Shown: piece after piece, positions 8,827 through 18,430 of the stretch | How positions within the stretch are numbered: position 1 is the stretch's first letter | Layout: every line of letters begins with the position of its first letter | Assembly (NCBI GenBank): GCA_963846575.1 | Contig: CAWJWJ010000002.1 | Coordinates: 2,112,001-2,176,000, forward strand | DNA from: an uncultured Nitrospiraceae bacterium | Lineage (GTDB): Bacteria; Nitrospirota; Nitrospiria; Nitrospirales; Nitrospiraceae | Direction: 5' to 3' | DNA: 64,000 nt | The notes under the pieces: generated by a model | The model's input: the letters and a program-made list of their open reading frames with translations, nothing else | What the model was told of the DNA's origin: nothing | Databases searched by the model: none | Program-made: the position numbers and the translations under genes

Positions 8827-11235
8827 TCATCGGTATTGAGTCAGGGCCCTTGCGGCCGCAACGGCGGCCTGGCCAAGGGACAGCCCCCCGTCATTGGAAG
8901 GCACCTGATGATGGGAGAGTACGGTCAACCCCATCCTCTCCAAGCGGGCCGTGACCAGTTCGCAGAGCACCTGATTCTGAAACACCCCTCCGGAGAGCGC
9001 CACGTGACCGACGGTTCGCTCGCCTTCCCCTTCTTTCATCCGCGTAATCTTGTCCGCCATAGCGCAGATGGCCTGTGCCAATCCCTTATGAAACCGGGCA
9101 GCCATCACGGGGTGCGGCGTCTTCAGGATGAGGTCACCGAGGAGCGCGGACCACATGGCCAACGGCTCAATGTAAGGAAGCGTCGTGCCTCTCAGGTAGG
9201 GAATCGTGAAGGGGTACGCGAGGATGTCGGCTTCCTGCTCCAAGGTCGATCGATCGACGAGCGCTTCCAGCTCCACCGCGGCCTGACCTTCATAACTGGC
9301 ACGGTCTCGGCAGATTCCCATCGCCGCAGCCACGGCGTCGAACAGCCGTCCGCAGGAACTGGCCGGAGGACTGTTGATTCGCCGCGCCAGCATCTGGTCG
9401 AGCAGGCCGCGCGGCTTTTGCTCCAGAAAGTGATAGAGGTCCAATTCGTGATAGTTCATGGCAAATCGGGCCCACCCCAGTTCAGCCATCAGATGGGCAT
9501 AGGTATTTCTCCAGGGTTCCATGACAGCCTGTTCTCCGCCTAGCATCGGCACCGGCTTAAAGGTGCCCACTCGCGTGAACGTTCGATAGTCTGCGAGCAG
9601 GAACTCGCCGCCCCAGAGTTGCCCCTCATTCCCGTATCCCAGCCCGTCGAGCGCGATGCCCAGTACAGGGGAATGATCGAGGGGAATTCCGTTCTCTACG
9701 AGACAGGCGGCGATATGCGCATGATGATGCTGGACCTCGTAGACCGGCAGGTCACGCTCGGCCGCGAGTTTCTGCCCGTATTTGCGTGAAAGATATTCCG
9801 GGTGGTGATCGACGGCGAGGAAATGCGGCACATGCGCGAACAGTTCCGCGTAATGACGAAGCGCCCGTGTGAAGTCCGCCTGGGTCAGCGCGTCCGCCAG
9901 ATCTCCGATGTGATGGGAGATCACGGCCTGGCCATCCTTCAACAGGCAAAAGGTGTTCTTCAACTCCCCGCCCATGGCGAGCACGCGTGGTGCCCCCTTG
10001 AATCCTGCCGGGAGCGGGATCGGCGCCGGAGCATAACCCCGGCTGCGACGCAGGAGTCGCGGGCGGCCGCCGATCACCTTCGTCACGGAGTCATCGACCC
10101 GCTGGGCAATCGGACGGTCATGCACGAGAAAATACTCCGCGATGGTTCCCAGATGCATCCTGGCCAAATGATTATCGATCCATTGCGGTTCATCGGCACG
10201 GTTTCCGCTCGTCAGAACGATCGGCCGTTCCATACGCCTGAGCATCAGATGGTGAAGCGGCGTGTTGGGCAACATGACCCCCAGGGTGCGAACGGCCGGC
10301 GCGACGCTTGGAGCCACACCGGCTCCGGTCCCGCATTTCAGAATGACAATCGGGGCTTGAGGGCTTTGAAGCAGCAACCGCTCCTGCTCGGAGACTTCAC
10401 AATACCTTCTGACGACCCGGAGATCGCGCGCCATCAGCGCGAACGGTTTGGCTTCTCGAGCCTTCAGGCCTCGAAGCCGGGACACGGCCTCTTCTTGCGT
10501 CGCGTCACAGGCGAGCTGCACACCTCCCAAGCCCTTGATGGCAACAATCTGTCCTTTTTGAATGAGGGTACAGGCGGCATCCACGGGGTCCATCATCGTC
10601 ACCGCCTCGAGCGCGATGGGCTTTCCATCCGTCCGTTCCAGCGTGACCCTGGGTCCGCACCGGTGGCAGGCAATCGGCTGGGCGTGAAACCGCCGGTCGT
10701 CAGGGTCCTGATACTCGGCCTCACATTCGGCACACATCGGAAAGCCGCTCATGGTCGTCCCGGAACGGTCATAGGGAATCTTCTCTTGAATCGTCACACG
10801 CGGTCCGCAGTGGGTGCAGTTCGTGAATGGGTAGCGGTAGCGTCGAGCGAAGGGATCGAGGACCTCCTGCACGCAGTCGGGACAGGTCGTGGCGTCCGGC
10901 ACGACGCCTGTGCTTACTTCACCGCATCCGCTGTCAAGGATGAGGAAGCCGGGCGGCAGATCCTCAACTGAAGCCGGTTCGGAGATGACCTCATCGATCC
11001 GCGCCAGGACCGGTGGCTGTTCCTTCAAGTGGTCGACAAACCGCCGGAGGCTTTCAGAGGTCCCGATCGCATAGATCCGCACACCCTGTCCGTCATTCAA
11101 GACATGGCCCCGAAGCTGATGCTGCCGCGCCAGACGCCATACTGTGGGGCGAAATCCAACGCCCTGAACGAGACCGTGAACCCGGATCAGGACCGCGGCA
11201 GGTTCTGCGGTACGTAGAAATCCAAAGGGGGTCAT
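8827..11235 (-). CDS. hypF: Carbamoyltransferase HypF
   Basis: Acylphosphatase VQGVGFRP; Zn fingers (CPDC/CTHCGPR, CAEC/CHRCGP); YrdC-like KGLGG; HHHAH; LSGGVFQN; NDGGLSLGQ. Confidence 0.97.
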   Translation of the reverse strand: MTPFGFLRTAEPAAVLIRVHGLVQGVGFRPTVWRLARQHQLRGHVLNDGQGVRIYAIGTSESLRRFVDHLKEQPPVLARIDEVISEPASVEDLPPGFLILDSGCGEVSTGVVPDATTCPDCVQEVLDPFARRYRYPFTNCTHCGPRVTIQEKIPYDRSGTTMSGFPMCAECEAEYQDPDDRRFHAQPIACHRCGPRVTLERTDGKPIALEAVTMMDPVDAACTLIQKGQIVAIKGLGGVQLACDATQEEAVSRLRGLKAREAKPFALMARDLRVVRRYCEVSEQERLLLQSPQAPIVILKCGTGAGVAPSVAPAVRTLGVMLPNTPLHHLMLRRMERPIVLTSGNRADEPQWIDNHLARMHLGTIAEYFLVHDRPIAQRVDDSVTKVIGGRPRLLRRSRGYAPAPIPLPAGFKGAPRVLAMGGELKNTFCLLKDGQAVISHHIGDLADALTQADFTRALRHYAELFAHVPHFLAVDHHPEYLSRKYGQKLAAERDLPVYEVQHHHAHIAACLVENGIPLDHSPVLGIALDGLGYGNEGQLWGGEFLLADYRTFTRVGTFKPVPMLGGEQAVMEPWRNTYAHLMAELGWARFAMNYHELDLYHFLEQKPRGLLDQMLARRINSPPASSCGRLFDAVAAAMGICRDRASYEGQAAVELEALVDRSTLEQEADILAYPFTIPYLRGTTLPYIEPLAMWSALLGDLILKTPHPVMAARFHKGLAQAICAMADKITRMKEGEGERTVGHVALSGGVFQNQVLCELVTARLERMGLTVLSHHQVPSNDGGLSLGQAAVAAARALTQYR

Positions 11236-12446
11236 CCAGACACCTCACGATGCAACGACCGGATCATCACCCGATTGTTTCCACTGTCGGCAATGGCCAT
11301 CAACCCCTCCCCTATCGACAGCCCATAGGGCCAGCAGAGCGTGTCGCGCGAGGGGAACATCCATTGGTTGTCGCCTTTCAGGTCAAAGCGCGGTTGACCT
11401 GCCAAGGCACGTGCGGGTGCTCCGGTTGCGAGGTCTGGCTTGTACCACCCCAGGAGACGCGAATTGGCGGTATCTGCCACCAAGAGCCAGTCCCCCGCAG
11501 CGGCCAGACCATAGGGCATGTTGAGCGTGCCGGCATGCGGCCAATATTGCCCGGCGTTATGGTCCACCTGCGAAGGGTTGCCCTGTCCGACGATCCACCG
11601 GCAGCCGGCGCCGGATTCCGACGGCACCTCGTCCCAGATCATGATCCGATTGTTGCCGGCATCCGCTACACAGAGCGCCCCACCCCAGCAGGCCATCGCA
11701 TGGGGCCAGCGCATACTCATGCCTGTAGGTGTTCCGCCGGCATTTTCGTCCCGGCGATCGAAGCTTGTCTGTCCCAGGACGAGGTCGGCCGGCTGCCCGT
11801 TGTGTTCCGGTGGTGTGAACCAGATCAACACCCGCCGGTTGCCGGTATCGGCGACCATCAAACTTTCGCCGCGGCAGGACAGGCCATATGGCCAATAGAG
11901 GCTCTCGGCCGATGGCAGCGGCCGCCCACGATTGATCTCCACTGCGCCAAAGTGGAGCTGCCCCAGCACCAGGTCCGGCGGACAATGACTGGCGGATGGC
12001 AGTTCTTTCCAGAGGAGCACGCGATGATTCCAGGCATCCGCAACGGCGAGGCCCCGGCCATAGGCGCACATGCCGGTGGGTACATTCAACGTCGTGGCGG
12101 AAGGCTCGGTCTTCGCGTTTCGCCCTTCCGAGGAGAAGTCTGGCTGTCCGATCACCCAATCGGCGGGAGTGCCATTCGCAGATGGGCAATGCATCCATCC
12201 CAGCAGGCGGTGATGGCCGGTGTCGGAGACCCAAAGCGGCCCGTTGCTGCCGGCCACACAACAGCCGCGCGGTCCGAACAGAGTGTGTGACGAAGGGGTG
12301 ATGGGAAGAGGAAACCCTTCGGCATCCCGACATTCTCCCAGGACCGTGGGCGGCCTCTGCTCGTCCCACAGGGGAATCGGACTCACCGGCTCGCGGCCCG
12401 CGAAGCCCGGATGCCTCGGCGCTGTCAATCGGACCGTGAGCGCCAT
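11232..12446 (-). CDS. NHL-repeat beta-propeller hydrogenase accessory protein
   Basis: Repeated L..P.G....L.VADxxNxRV...W and GQP motifs; same position as NHL proteins in extended hyp operons of group 2a hydrogenases. Confidence 0.88.
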   Translation of the reverse strand: MALTVRLTAPRHPGFAGREPVSPIPLWDEQRPPTVLGECRDAEGFPLPITPSSHTLFGPRGCCVAGSNGPLWVSDTGHHRLLGWMHCPSANGTPADWVIGQPDFSSEGRNAKTEPSATTLNVPTGMCAYGRGLAVADAWNHRVLLWKELPSASHCPPDLVLGQLHFGAVEINRGRPLPSAESLYWPYGLSCRGESLMVADTGNRRVLIWFTPPEHNGQPADLVLGQTSFDRRDENAGGTPTGMSMRWPHAMACWGGALCVADAGNNRIMIWDEVPSESGAGCRWIVGQGNPSQVDHNAGQYWPHAGTLNMPYGLAAAGDWLLVADTANSRLLGWYKPDLATGAPARALAGQPRFDLKGDNQWMFPSRDTLCWPYGLSIGEGLMAIADSGNNRVMIRSLHREVSG

Positions 12447-12451
12447 TGCCG

Positions 12452-13348
12452 TTACCCCTTCACATTGATTTCGACCTTCGTTCCCACCACCCGCACGGCG
12501 CAGGGCACCAGTTGCACGTCCGGAGCCGTCAGGCATTCCCCCGAAGACAGATCGTAGCGAAACCCGTGATAGGGGCATGTAATCACCCCATCGACCACGA
12601 TACCCATATCAAGCGGCATACCCATGTGGGCACAGGCATTCTGGAAACAGGTCACGCGATGATCCTGTCGGCTGAACAGCAGAGAATGCCCGTTCAATTC
12701 CAACACCGTGATGCCCCTGTCGGGAAGCTCCTCGATATCCAGCGCCGTTTGCCAACCCGACGCAGCGCTGAGGGCAAAGGGACTGATGAAGGACCAGGGA
12801 GCCGCATTCCCGTCTGAACCGGCATAATTTCCCTTCACCTTGGTGATCGTCACGATCTCCGGACAGTATTCGCGGATGGCTTTTTCGATGCCCTCCGACA
12901 GGGTGAGAGCCGAGGCGGGACACCCGTCGCAGGCGCCCAACAATTTGATCTCCACGCAGTCCGGCGGATGAACCTGCACGAGTTCGACGTTGCCCCCATG
13001 CCCCTGCAGCATCGGACGTACCGAGGCGAGAGCCTGTTCGATTCGTTCGTTGAGCGAGGGTTTAATCAAGTCCAGATGCCGGAGCACGGCATACACGACT
13101 TCATCACCCGCCGTCCGTTTCAGGGCCTCGAGGGCACCGGCGTCGCTTTTGAGAGCACGGATCATGCGGGCCATGGCTTCTTTATGGAGATCATCGATGG
13201 CCCTTCGAAGCGCCGCGACCGTCAATCGCTGTGCTTCATCCCACCCCTGCACGATCGTGTCCAGGCTTTCGATGCTTTTCACGAGGGACGCCAGCGTGAG
13301 TTCCATCTTCGGCATCGTCTGATTCCGCTCAGTCATAAGAAGGCTCAT
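12452..13348 (-). CDS. NifU-like + Rieske domain protein (HucE-like Fe-S protein)
   Basis: NifU C-terminal-type VRPMLQGHGGNVEL...GACDGC; Rieske ligands CAH and CPYHG; start overlaps the upstream stop (ATGA). Confidence 0.88.
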   Translation of the reverse strand: MSLLMTERNQTMPKMELTLASLVKSIESLDTIVQGWDEAQRLTVAALRRAIDDLHKEAMARMIRALKSDAGALEALKRTAGDEVVYAVLRHLDLIKPSLNERIEQALASVRPMLQGHGGNVELVQVHPPDCVEIKLLGACDGCPASALTLSEGIEKAIREYCPEIVTITKVKGNYAGSDGNAAPWSFISPFALSAASGWQTALDIEELPDRGITVLELNGHSLLFSRQDHRVTCFQNACAHMGMPLDMGIVVDGVITCPYHGFRYDLSSGECLTAPDVQLVPCAVRVVGTKVEINVKG

Positions 13349-13569
13349 TGATACTTCAAGTCGCGAAACAACCGCGGCTGCAAGGCTCCCGCGCAGAGAC
13401 CGGCGATCATGACGGCGAGCCACAGGGGGACCCCCGCCATCGCCAGGGCGATGAGCATGACGGCAGCTAAGGCTATGCCGGTTCCGGCCAGCAGCATCAC
13501 CTTGGGCAGGTCATGAAACAGTTTGCCCTGAAAAAAAAGCGAGACGGAATTCCAGAACATGTCGAACAT
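13345..13569 (-). CDS. Small membrane protein, hydrogenase accessory
   Basis: 74 aa with two hydrophobic segments, ending LQPRLFRDLKYQ; lies between the TPR and NifU genes as in cyanobacterial extended hyp operons. Confidence 0.75.
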   Translation of the reverse strand: MFDMFWNSVSLFFQGKLFHDLPKVMLLAGTGIALAAVMLIALAMAGVPLWLAVMIAGLCAGALQPRLFRDLKYQ

Positions 13570-13582
13570 GCTCTTGCTCCCT

Positions 13583-13807
13583 TCACATCATCAGTGCCAG
13601 CAGGAAGAGCGCCACCGCCACACCCGGCACCGACGCCACCGGCCCGTAGCACGCGCCCATCATGGCCGCCAGTTCATTGCCCAGGGCCTTCCCCCCGACC
13701 AGGATACCGCCGATGGCTCCACCGATCGCCCCGGTCGCCAGCGCGACGAGCATGAGGATGAGTCCGTTCACCAGCGTGAGTTCGTCGTGCGAAAACATGG
13801 TCGCCAC
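13583..13807 (-). CDS. Small Gly-rich membrane protein, hydrogenase accessory
   Basis: 74 aa; GAIGGAIGGILVGGKALGNELAAMMG glycine-zipper-like helices. Confidence 0.78.
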   Translation of the reverse strand: MATMFSHDELTLVNGLILMLVALATGAIGGAIGGILVGGKALGNELAAMMGACYGPVASVPGVAVALFLLALMM

Positions 13808-13849
13808 AATGCCCGCCTTCCCTTGAAGAAAAACGGCTCGAACGAGCCC

Positions 13850-14860
13850 TCATGCACCCGACTCGCGTGAGGACGCAAGCACATTGCTCCCAGCCTGTGC
13901 CAGGCGCTCCCCTTGAAGCTCGTTCAGAGCCTCCCGCGTGAGCCGGACCTTTTCGCGATCTCCGCACCGTTCGAAGATGTCTTTCGCCTCCGCGAAGTAC
14001 CGGAGCGCCTGATCGAGATTGCGCCGATTGCCATCGGCCGGCCTCCCAGGATCATCGGGCACGTTCCGCAGGGCATTGGCCTTATTGGACACCGTGTTCG
14101 CATATTCCAGCGGCTGATCCCTGGAATTCCGCACCTTCAGGGCTTCGTCATAAGCCAGGAGCGCGCGAAGATTGTTTTCGACGCTGTGACTGCTCGAGGC
14201 GTATTGCAGGGCGTTGCCCAGATTGTTTTGCAGCATCGCGTACTCAACCGGCTGATCCACCAAGGTCACGACCTTCAGCGCCTCTTCGAAGGATTGAACC
14301 GCCAGGGCTTCTCGCATCTTTCCGCTCGACTCGGCCATCGGCATGGAGAGATAGGCTGCCGCCAGATTGTTGTGCAAGATGGCGAATTCCGTCGGATATG
14401 TTTCACGGGTGAAGGTTCTGAGTGCGCGCAAGTAGGCGGCAATCGCGTCGGACAGGCGGGCCCGCCCCATCGTCGAAAGGGTCTGAAGCGCCAGGCCGAG
14501 ATTCATCTCGGTTTCAGCCACCTCTTCGGCTGATCCTCCAGCCTGGAAGCCAGCCAACGCAGACTCGAACAGCTGACGGGCCTGTTCGACGTATTCCATC
14601 CCCTCGTGAGGGATCGCGTTCAGCGCGGTTCCCTTGCGAGCATGGATACGTGCATGAAGCAGCGGTTCTCCCGACGGACACAAGGCCAATGCGCGGTCAT
14701 AGAGGGAGACGGCCTGGTGCAGATCCTGTACAAAGCGGGGTTTGTGTTGCAGGCCGATGGCGATCTCGATCAGGAGATCGATTTTATCGCGGATCGGAAC
14801 GTCGGGCATTTCAACGGCGGCAAGAGCAGCTTTGACATGTTCGTCGGCAAGCGAACTCAT
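13850..14860 (-). CDS. TPR-repeat protein, hydrogenase accessory
   Basis: Repeated NNLG/NLG.AL...A...Y..AL TPR-like motifs; GGAGG RBS; first gene of the accessory operon. Confidence 0.88.
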   Translation of the reverse strand: MSSLADEHVKAALAAVEMPDVPIRDKIDLLIEIAIGLQHKPRFVQDLHQAVSLYDRALALCPSGEPLLHARIHARKGTALNAIPHEGMEYVEQARQLFESALAGFQAGGSAEEVAETEMNLGLALQTLSTMGRARLSDAIAAYLRALRTFTRETYPTEFAILHNNLAAAYLSMPMAESSGKMREALAVQSFEEALKVVTLVDQPVEYAMLQNNLGNALQYASSSHSVENNLRALLAYDEALKVRNSRDQPLEYANTVSNKANALRNVPDDPGRPADGNRRNLDQALRYFAEAKDIFERCGDREKVRLTREALNELQGERLAQAGSNVLASSRESGA

Positions 14861-14907
14861 GATCGATCCTCCGCACGGTAAATGGCACGAAGCGACGCGA
14901 TGAATTC

Positions 14908-14936
14908 ACTCTACGAACCGCCCCTAGGCATGTCAA
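14908..14936 (-). promoter_or_regulatory. Sigma70-type promoter for the TPR-...-hypB operon
   Basis: Minus strand TTGACA, 17-nt spacer, TAGAGT; about 47 nt upstream of the TPR start. Confidence 0.65.
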
Positions 14937-14948
14937 CTACTTATCCTT

Positions 14949-14969
14949 ACTGCAAACATTATTTGCAGT
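14949..14969. promoter_or_regulatory. Palindromic operator candidate ACTGCAAA-N5-TTTGCAGT (TGCA-N9-TGCA)
   Basis: Perfect 8-bp inverted repeat just upstream of the -35 box. Confidence 0.5.
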
Positions 14970-15080
14970 GCCAAGTATCGTGCCGGGTGGTTTTTTCAGG
15001 TGGGCAGGCGTGACGCGCCCCGCAATCAGTTCACGGGGGACGGGAACGACCCGGGAACGCATAATCGGCGCCGGCGGGTT

Positions 15081-15953
15081 CTACAGGGCTTGAACGCCTG
15101 GGTCGTGCGGGGCAGGCCAGCGGGCGACAAGGGCGGCCAACCCGCTATCCCAACGGACAGGGAGCGTCCATGCCAGGCCTTCGTCGACCGCCTGATCCCG
15201 AAGAAACTCCTGGGCATGGACCACCCGGTCGCCGCGGCTGTTTTTCAGCTTGATCAAGAGCCCTCCCGATGCCACATGACGCACGGGCAGCAACAGCAGC
15301 GCTTCGTCCTTCTTGAGCAGCACCAGACTCTCCAATCCATTGAAATAGGTCGCATAGACCTCCGCCGTAAGATAGATATTGCCGTGACGTATGTGTATCT
15401 GAGCTGTGTTCGCCGACCCTGTCAGGGAGGAGGTGTCAGCATCCGCCCTGTCCGGCTCGCCCGGTGGTCGGCCTCTTTTCTCGCGGAGCTGAGCCTGGAT
15501 GGAGGCCACGACCCGATCAGCCGCCCGGGACACCTCCGGACTCAATTCGCATCCGAGGTTCGTGGTAGCCGCCTCCACCAGGTAGACCGTCACGTCGCGG
15601 GGAAACGTCGCGCCGAATATTTTCTTCCCCGCATACAGTGCATGGTCCCACCGGAAGTTGTGGAGACTGTACCCGGGCTCCGGCCGGTGTGCGAGTTCTT
15701 CACCCGGCACCTTGAAGACCGAGCCGGGCTGCGACCCACTCGCGCAGGCATCCACGAGAATCAAGGAGCGGGAGCCTCGCGCCTGGAACATGACGTCCAT
15801 GCCTGCCGTCCCGGCATCGAACACCGCCACTTCCTCGCAGGGGCTGGCGGCCAGCCATTGTTGTACGCGGCGGGCCACGATGACACCGACCCCGTCATCG
15901 CTGCGGTTCAGATTGCCGCAACCGATGACTGTATGCATGCCTGTCGAGGCCAT
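15081..15953 (-). CDS. Hydrogenase maturation protease (HupD/HybD family) fused to an extra C-terminal domain
   Basis: VIGCGNLNRSDDGVG, DAGTAG, LILVDA, SLHNFRW; low-complexity linker followed by a ~95-aa domain; start overlaps the upstream stop (TGATG). Confidence 0.88.
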   Translation of the reverse strand: MASTGMHTVIGCGNLNRSDDGVGVIVARRVQQWLAASPCEEVAVFDAGTAGMDVMFQARGSRSLILVDACASGSQPGSVFKVPGEELAHRPEPGYSLHNFRWDHALYAGKKIFGATFPRDVTVYLVEAATTNLGCELSPEVSRAADRVVASIQAQLREKRGRPPGEPDRADADTSSLTGSANTAQIHIRHGNIYLTAEVYATYFNGLESLVLLKKDEALLLLPVRHVASGGLLIKLKNSRGDRVVHAQEFLRDQAVDEGLAWTLPVRWDSGLAALVARWPAPHDPGVQAL

Positions 15954-16282
15954 CAGATCCTCCACAACCGGCAGGACCAATCCTTTTCAACAGGAAGGCG
16001 AAGTTCGGGCAGGTCGCAGAACCGGCGATGCGTCACAAAATACATGCAGGTTTCGCAGGATTGTGTGAGATCGTCGTCCGGCTCGCCGGACAGATAGGGA
16101 GCGAGGGTCATTCCCGCCACCACGAGTTTACGGTCATAGTCGTCGGATGGAAGGGCCTGGAGACGGGTTATTAGATCCCGCACTTCGTCGCTGTCATAGG
16201 CGCGGGGCTCTACTTCAGTCTTGAGCCCGTCGGCCAGTCGCTGCCGGAGTCTGGTTCGAACGCTGTCCTCATCCATATCCAT
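15953..16282 (-). CDS. Small 4-Cys protein, HiPIP-like (paralog B)
   Basis: C-terminal CETC-x9-C-x14-CRLWRI; no signal peptide. Confidence 0.75.
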   Translation of the reverse strand: MDMDEDSVRTRLRQRLADGLKTEVEPRAYDSDEVRDLITRLQALPSDDYDRKLVVAGMTLAPYLSGEPDDDLTQSCETCMYFVTHRRFCDLPELRLPVEKDWSCRLWRI

Positions 16283-16312
16283 CGGTAGACCGCCAGACCG
16301 ATGTACGCGTGC

Positions 16313-16627
16313 TTAGATTCTCCACAGCCGGCACCACCAATCCGGTTCTACCGGAACGGCCAACTCGGGCAAATCGCACCACTTGCGATGAACCAGATAA
16401 TACATACATTCCAGGCAGCGCATCTGGTCCGGACCATAGGGCTTGTGGGTGAAACCTCCAAGGACGAGTTTGCCCTCGAGATCGTCGGGGGACAGCGCGC
16501 GCAGTTCGTCCAGCAGTTTGGTGAACTCCACGTGGGTTTCCGGGAACGGCTCAGTCTGAGTCTCCAGGCCGCTCTCCAGAATGCGGGCAATCTTCTGCCG
16601 GAGTTTCTCTTCTTCTTCGGGGCGCAT
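16313..16627 (-). CDS. Small 4-Cys protein, HiPIP-like (paralog A)
   Basis: Start MRPEEEEK after a GAGGGGA RBS; CLEC-x9-C-x14-CRLWRI; no signal peptide. Confidence 0.75.
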   Translation of the reverse strand: MRPEEEEKLRQKIARILESGLETQTEPFPETHVEFTKLLDELRALSPDDLEGKLVLGGFTHKPYGPDQMRCLECMYYLVHRKWCDLPELAVPVEPDWWCRLWRI

Positions 16628-16705
16628 CAAAAAGTCCCCTCGTCCACAAGGAGCTCTGTTGATCCCCTCATGAGAATGGCACCGGCCAAGTGCTATGGAA
16701 CATGA

Positions 16706-16737
16706 CTCGCCCGGTTGTTTTCCAACAGCCGGGCGAG
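16706..16737. other. Strong stem-loop downstream of hucL
   Basis: CTCGCCCGGTTGTT-TTCC-AACAGCCGGGCGAG, 13 of 14 positions complementary; no U-tract on the minus strand. Confidence 0.55.
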
Positions 16738-16796
16738 AAGGAGGCCACTGTACGCTTCTCTCATGCGCATTACCAGTTGCGCCCGGTCGAGCCTGT

Positions 16797-18392
16797 CTAT
16801 CCGATTTTAAACCGGGCGAGTTCCTTCCCCGTCTTGGCGTCGTGTGCATGGACCGTGCAGACCAGGCAGGAGTCGAACGATCTGGCGACATGCCCGACTT
16901 CCACGGGATCGGTGGGATCGGCGATCGGCGCCCCCATCAACGCCTCTTCGATCGGTCCCTTGCTGCCCTTTGCATCTCTGGGTCCGACATTCCAGGTGGT
17001 TGGCGCCACGATCTGATAGTTCTTGATCTTCCCTCCCTTCACCTCGATCCAATGACAGAGCGCACCGCGAATCGCTTCCGTCGCACCCCAGCCCCGCCCG
17101 TCTTTTTCCTGAGGCTTGATGTACCAGGGTTCGTTCAATCGGAACTCTCGCAGGCAATGCTCCGCCTGCCGGTAGAGTTTGATCGTTTCGTGCATGCGCG
17201 CCAGCTGCCGCAGGTGCAGGCTCGGGCCGCCCATTTTCTTATACATGTCCAGAATGAACCCGTCGTAATGCTGCCAGGATTCGCCATGCCTGCCGCCCGC
17301 CACGACCTGCCTGGCGAAGGGCCCCGCTTCGAGGCGCCCCAGTTCCGTATGACTCACCGCCGTACACCAGGAGTAGGCCCCGTTGAAATCCGTCGTATTG
17401 TTCGTCATGGCCTTGGTCACCCGATCATAGGGGTGGGTATCGGTCCTGCCCTCGTCGTACCAGGAATGCATCGTGTTCTCCCGCGTGAACTCCTGGCTCA
17501 TGATCGTATGCCGATCGGTCGAACCGTCGTAGACCCCGCCCTTCATAATGAGCGAGGCATTGCGGCCTTCGATCGTGGGTTTTTGATACTTATCTTCGTG
17601 GGGCAGATAGCCCCAGGAGATGTATTTCCCGACTCCACCGCCGTACTCATGCAGCCCGATGTCCATTCCCATGCGCCAGTAGAATCCGAGATCCGAATTG
17701 GCATGCCCAGGCTTTTCGTCCAGCCAGGCCATGAACTCTTCGTGGGTCTTGATCTGCTCGTACCGTTCCAAGGAACAGCCGAGCCAGACCGGTTCGAGCC
17801 AATTGTTCTTGTAGTATTCCAGGATCGACCAGGATCTGGTCACGTCGGACAAGGTGGGGGCACACATCACTCCTCCGGGGACCATGTAACTGGAATGCGG
17901 CCACTGGCCTCCGAGGAGGGCATAGATTTCCACCGGTTTTCCGGAAATCGTGACCCCGATCTCGTACGATTTCCCTGTAAAGGGTGCGAAACGCTTGCAG
18001 GCCTCTTCGTAAAACCGGCTGTTACGGTACTTCCTGTTTGTGAGATCGATGACATACAGACCGTAGAAATAACGCGGTTGGCTCTGGAGGCTCTCGGCAA
18101 TCTGACCGAGGTTGCGGGCCAGGATAGCATTGCGTGGTACGGTGGTCTGCCAGGCCGTATCTAGCGCCCATGCCGCGCAGGTCAGATGCGAAGCGCCGCA
18201 TATGCCGCAGGCTCTGGGGGTCACCACGAGTCCGGCCTGCGGATCTTTGTCGCGGAGGATGATCTCAAACCCGCGGAACAATTCCGCCTGGGTCCAGGCA
18301 TTGGTGACGACGCCGTTGTCCACTTCGACCCGCACGTCCAGATCTCCTTCAACGCGGCCAACCGGGGAGATATCGAGAGTTTGAACAGCCAT
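16797..18392 (-). CDS. hucL: Group 2a [NiFe]-hydrogenase large subunit (HucL/HupL)
   Basis: VGRVEGDL; L1 PRACGICG; L2 SFDSCLVCTVH followed by a cleavable C-terminal extension. Confidence 0.95.
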   Translation of the reverse strand: MAVQTLDISPVGRVEGDLDVRVEVDNGVVTNAWTQAELFRGFEIILRDKDPQAGLVVTPRACGICGASHLTCAAWALDTAWQTTVPRNAILARNLGQIAESLQSQPRYFYGLYVIDLTNRKYRNSRFYEEACKRFAPFTGKSYEIGVTISGKPVEIYALLGGQWPHSSYMVPGGVMCAPTLSDVTRSWSILEYYKNNWLEPVWLGCSLERYEQIKTHEEFMAWLDEKPGHANSDLGFYWRMGMDIGLHEYGGGVGKYISWGYLPHEDKYQKPTIEGRNASLIMKGGVYDGSTDRHTIMSQEFTRENTMHSWYDEGRTDTHPYDRVTKAMTNNTTDFNGAYSWCTAVSHTELGRLEAGPFARQVVAGGRHGESWQHYDGFILDMYKKMGGPSLHLRQLARMHETIKLYRQAEHCLREFRLNEPWYIKPQEKDGRGWGATEAIRGALCHWIEVKGGKIKNYQIVAPTTWNVGPRDAKGSKGPIEEALMGAPIADPTDPVEVGHVARSFDSCLVCTVHAHDAKTGKELARFKIG

Positions 18393-18430
18393 GATCAGTC
18401 TCCTTTGGGGTCCTGTTTCGATGTCCTGAT

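Noticed and set aside
16797..16880. Selenocysteine ([NiFeSe]) in the HucL L2 motif
   Set aside because: The motif is DSCLVC with ordinary Cys codons and no in-frame TGA.
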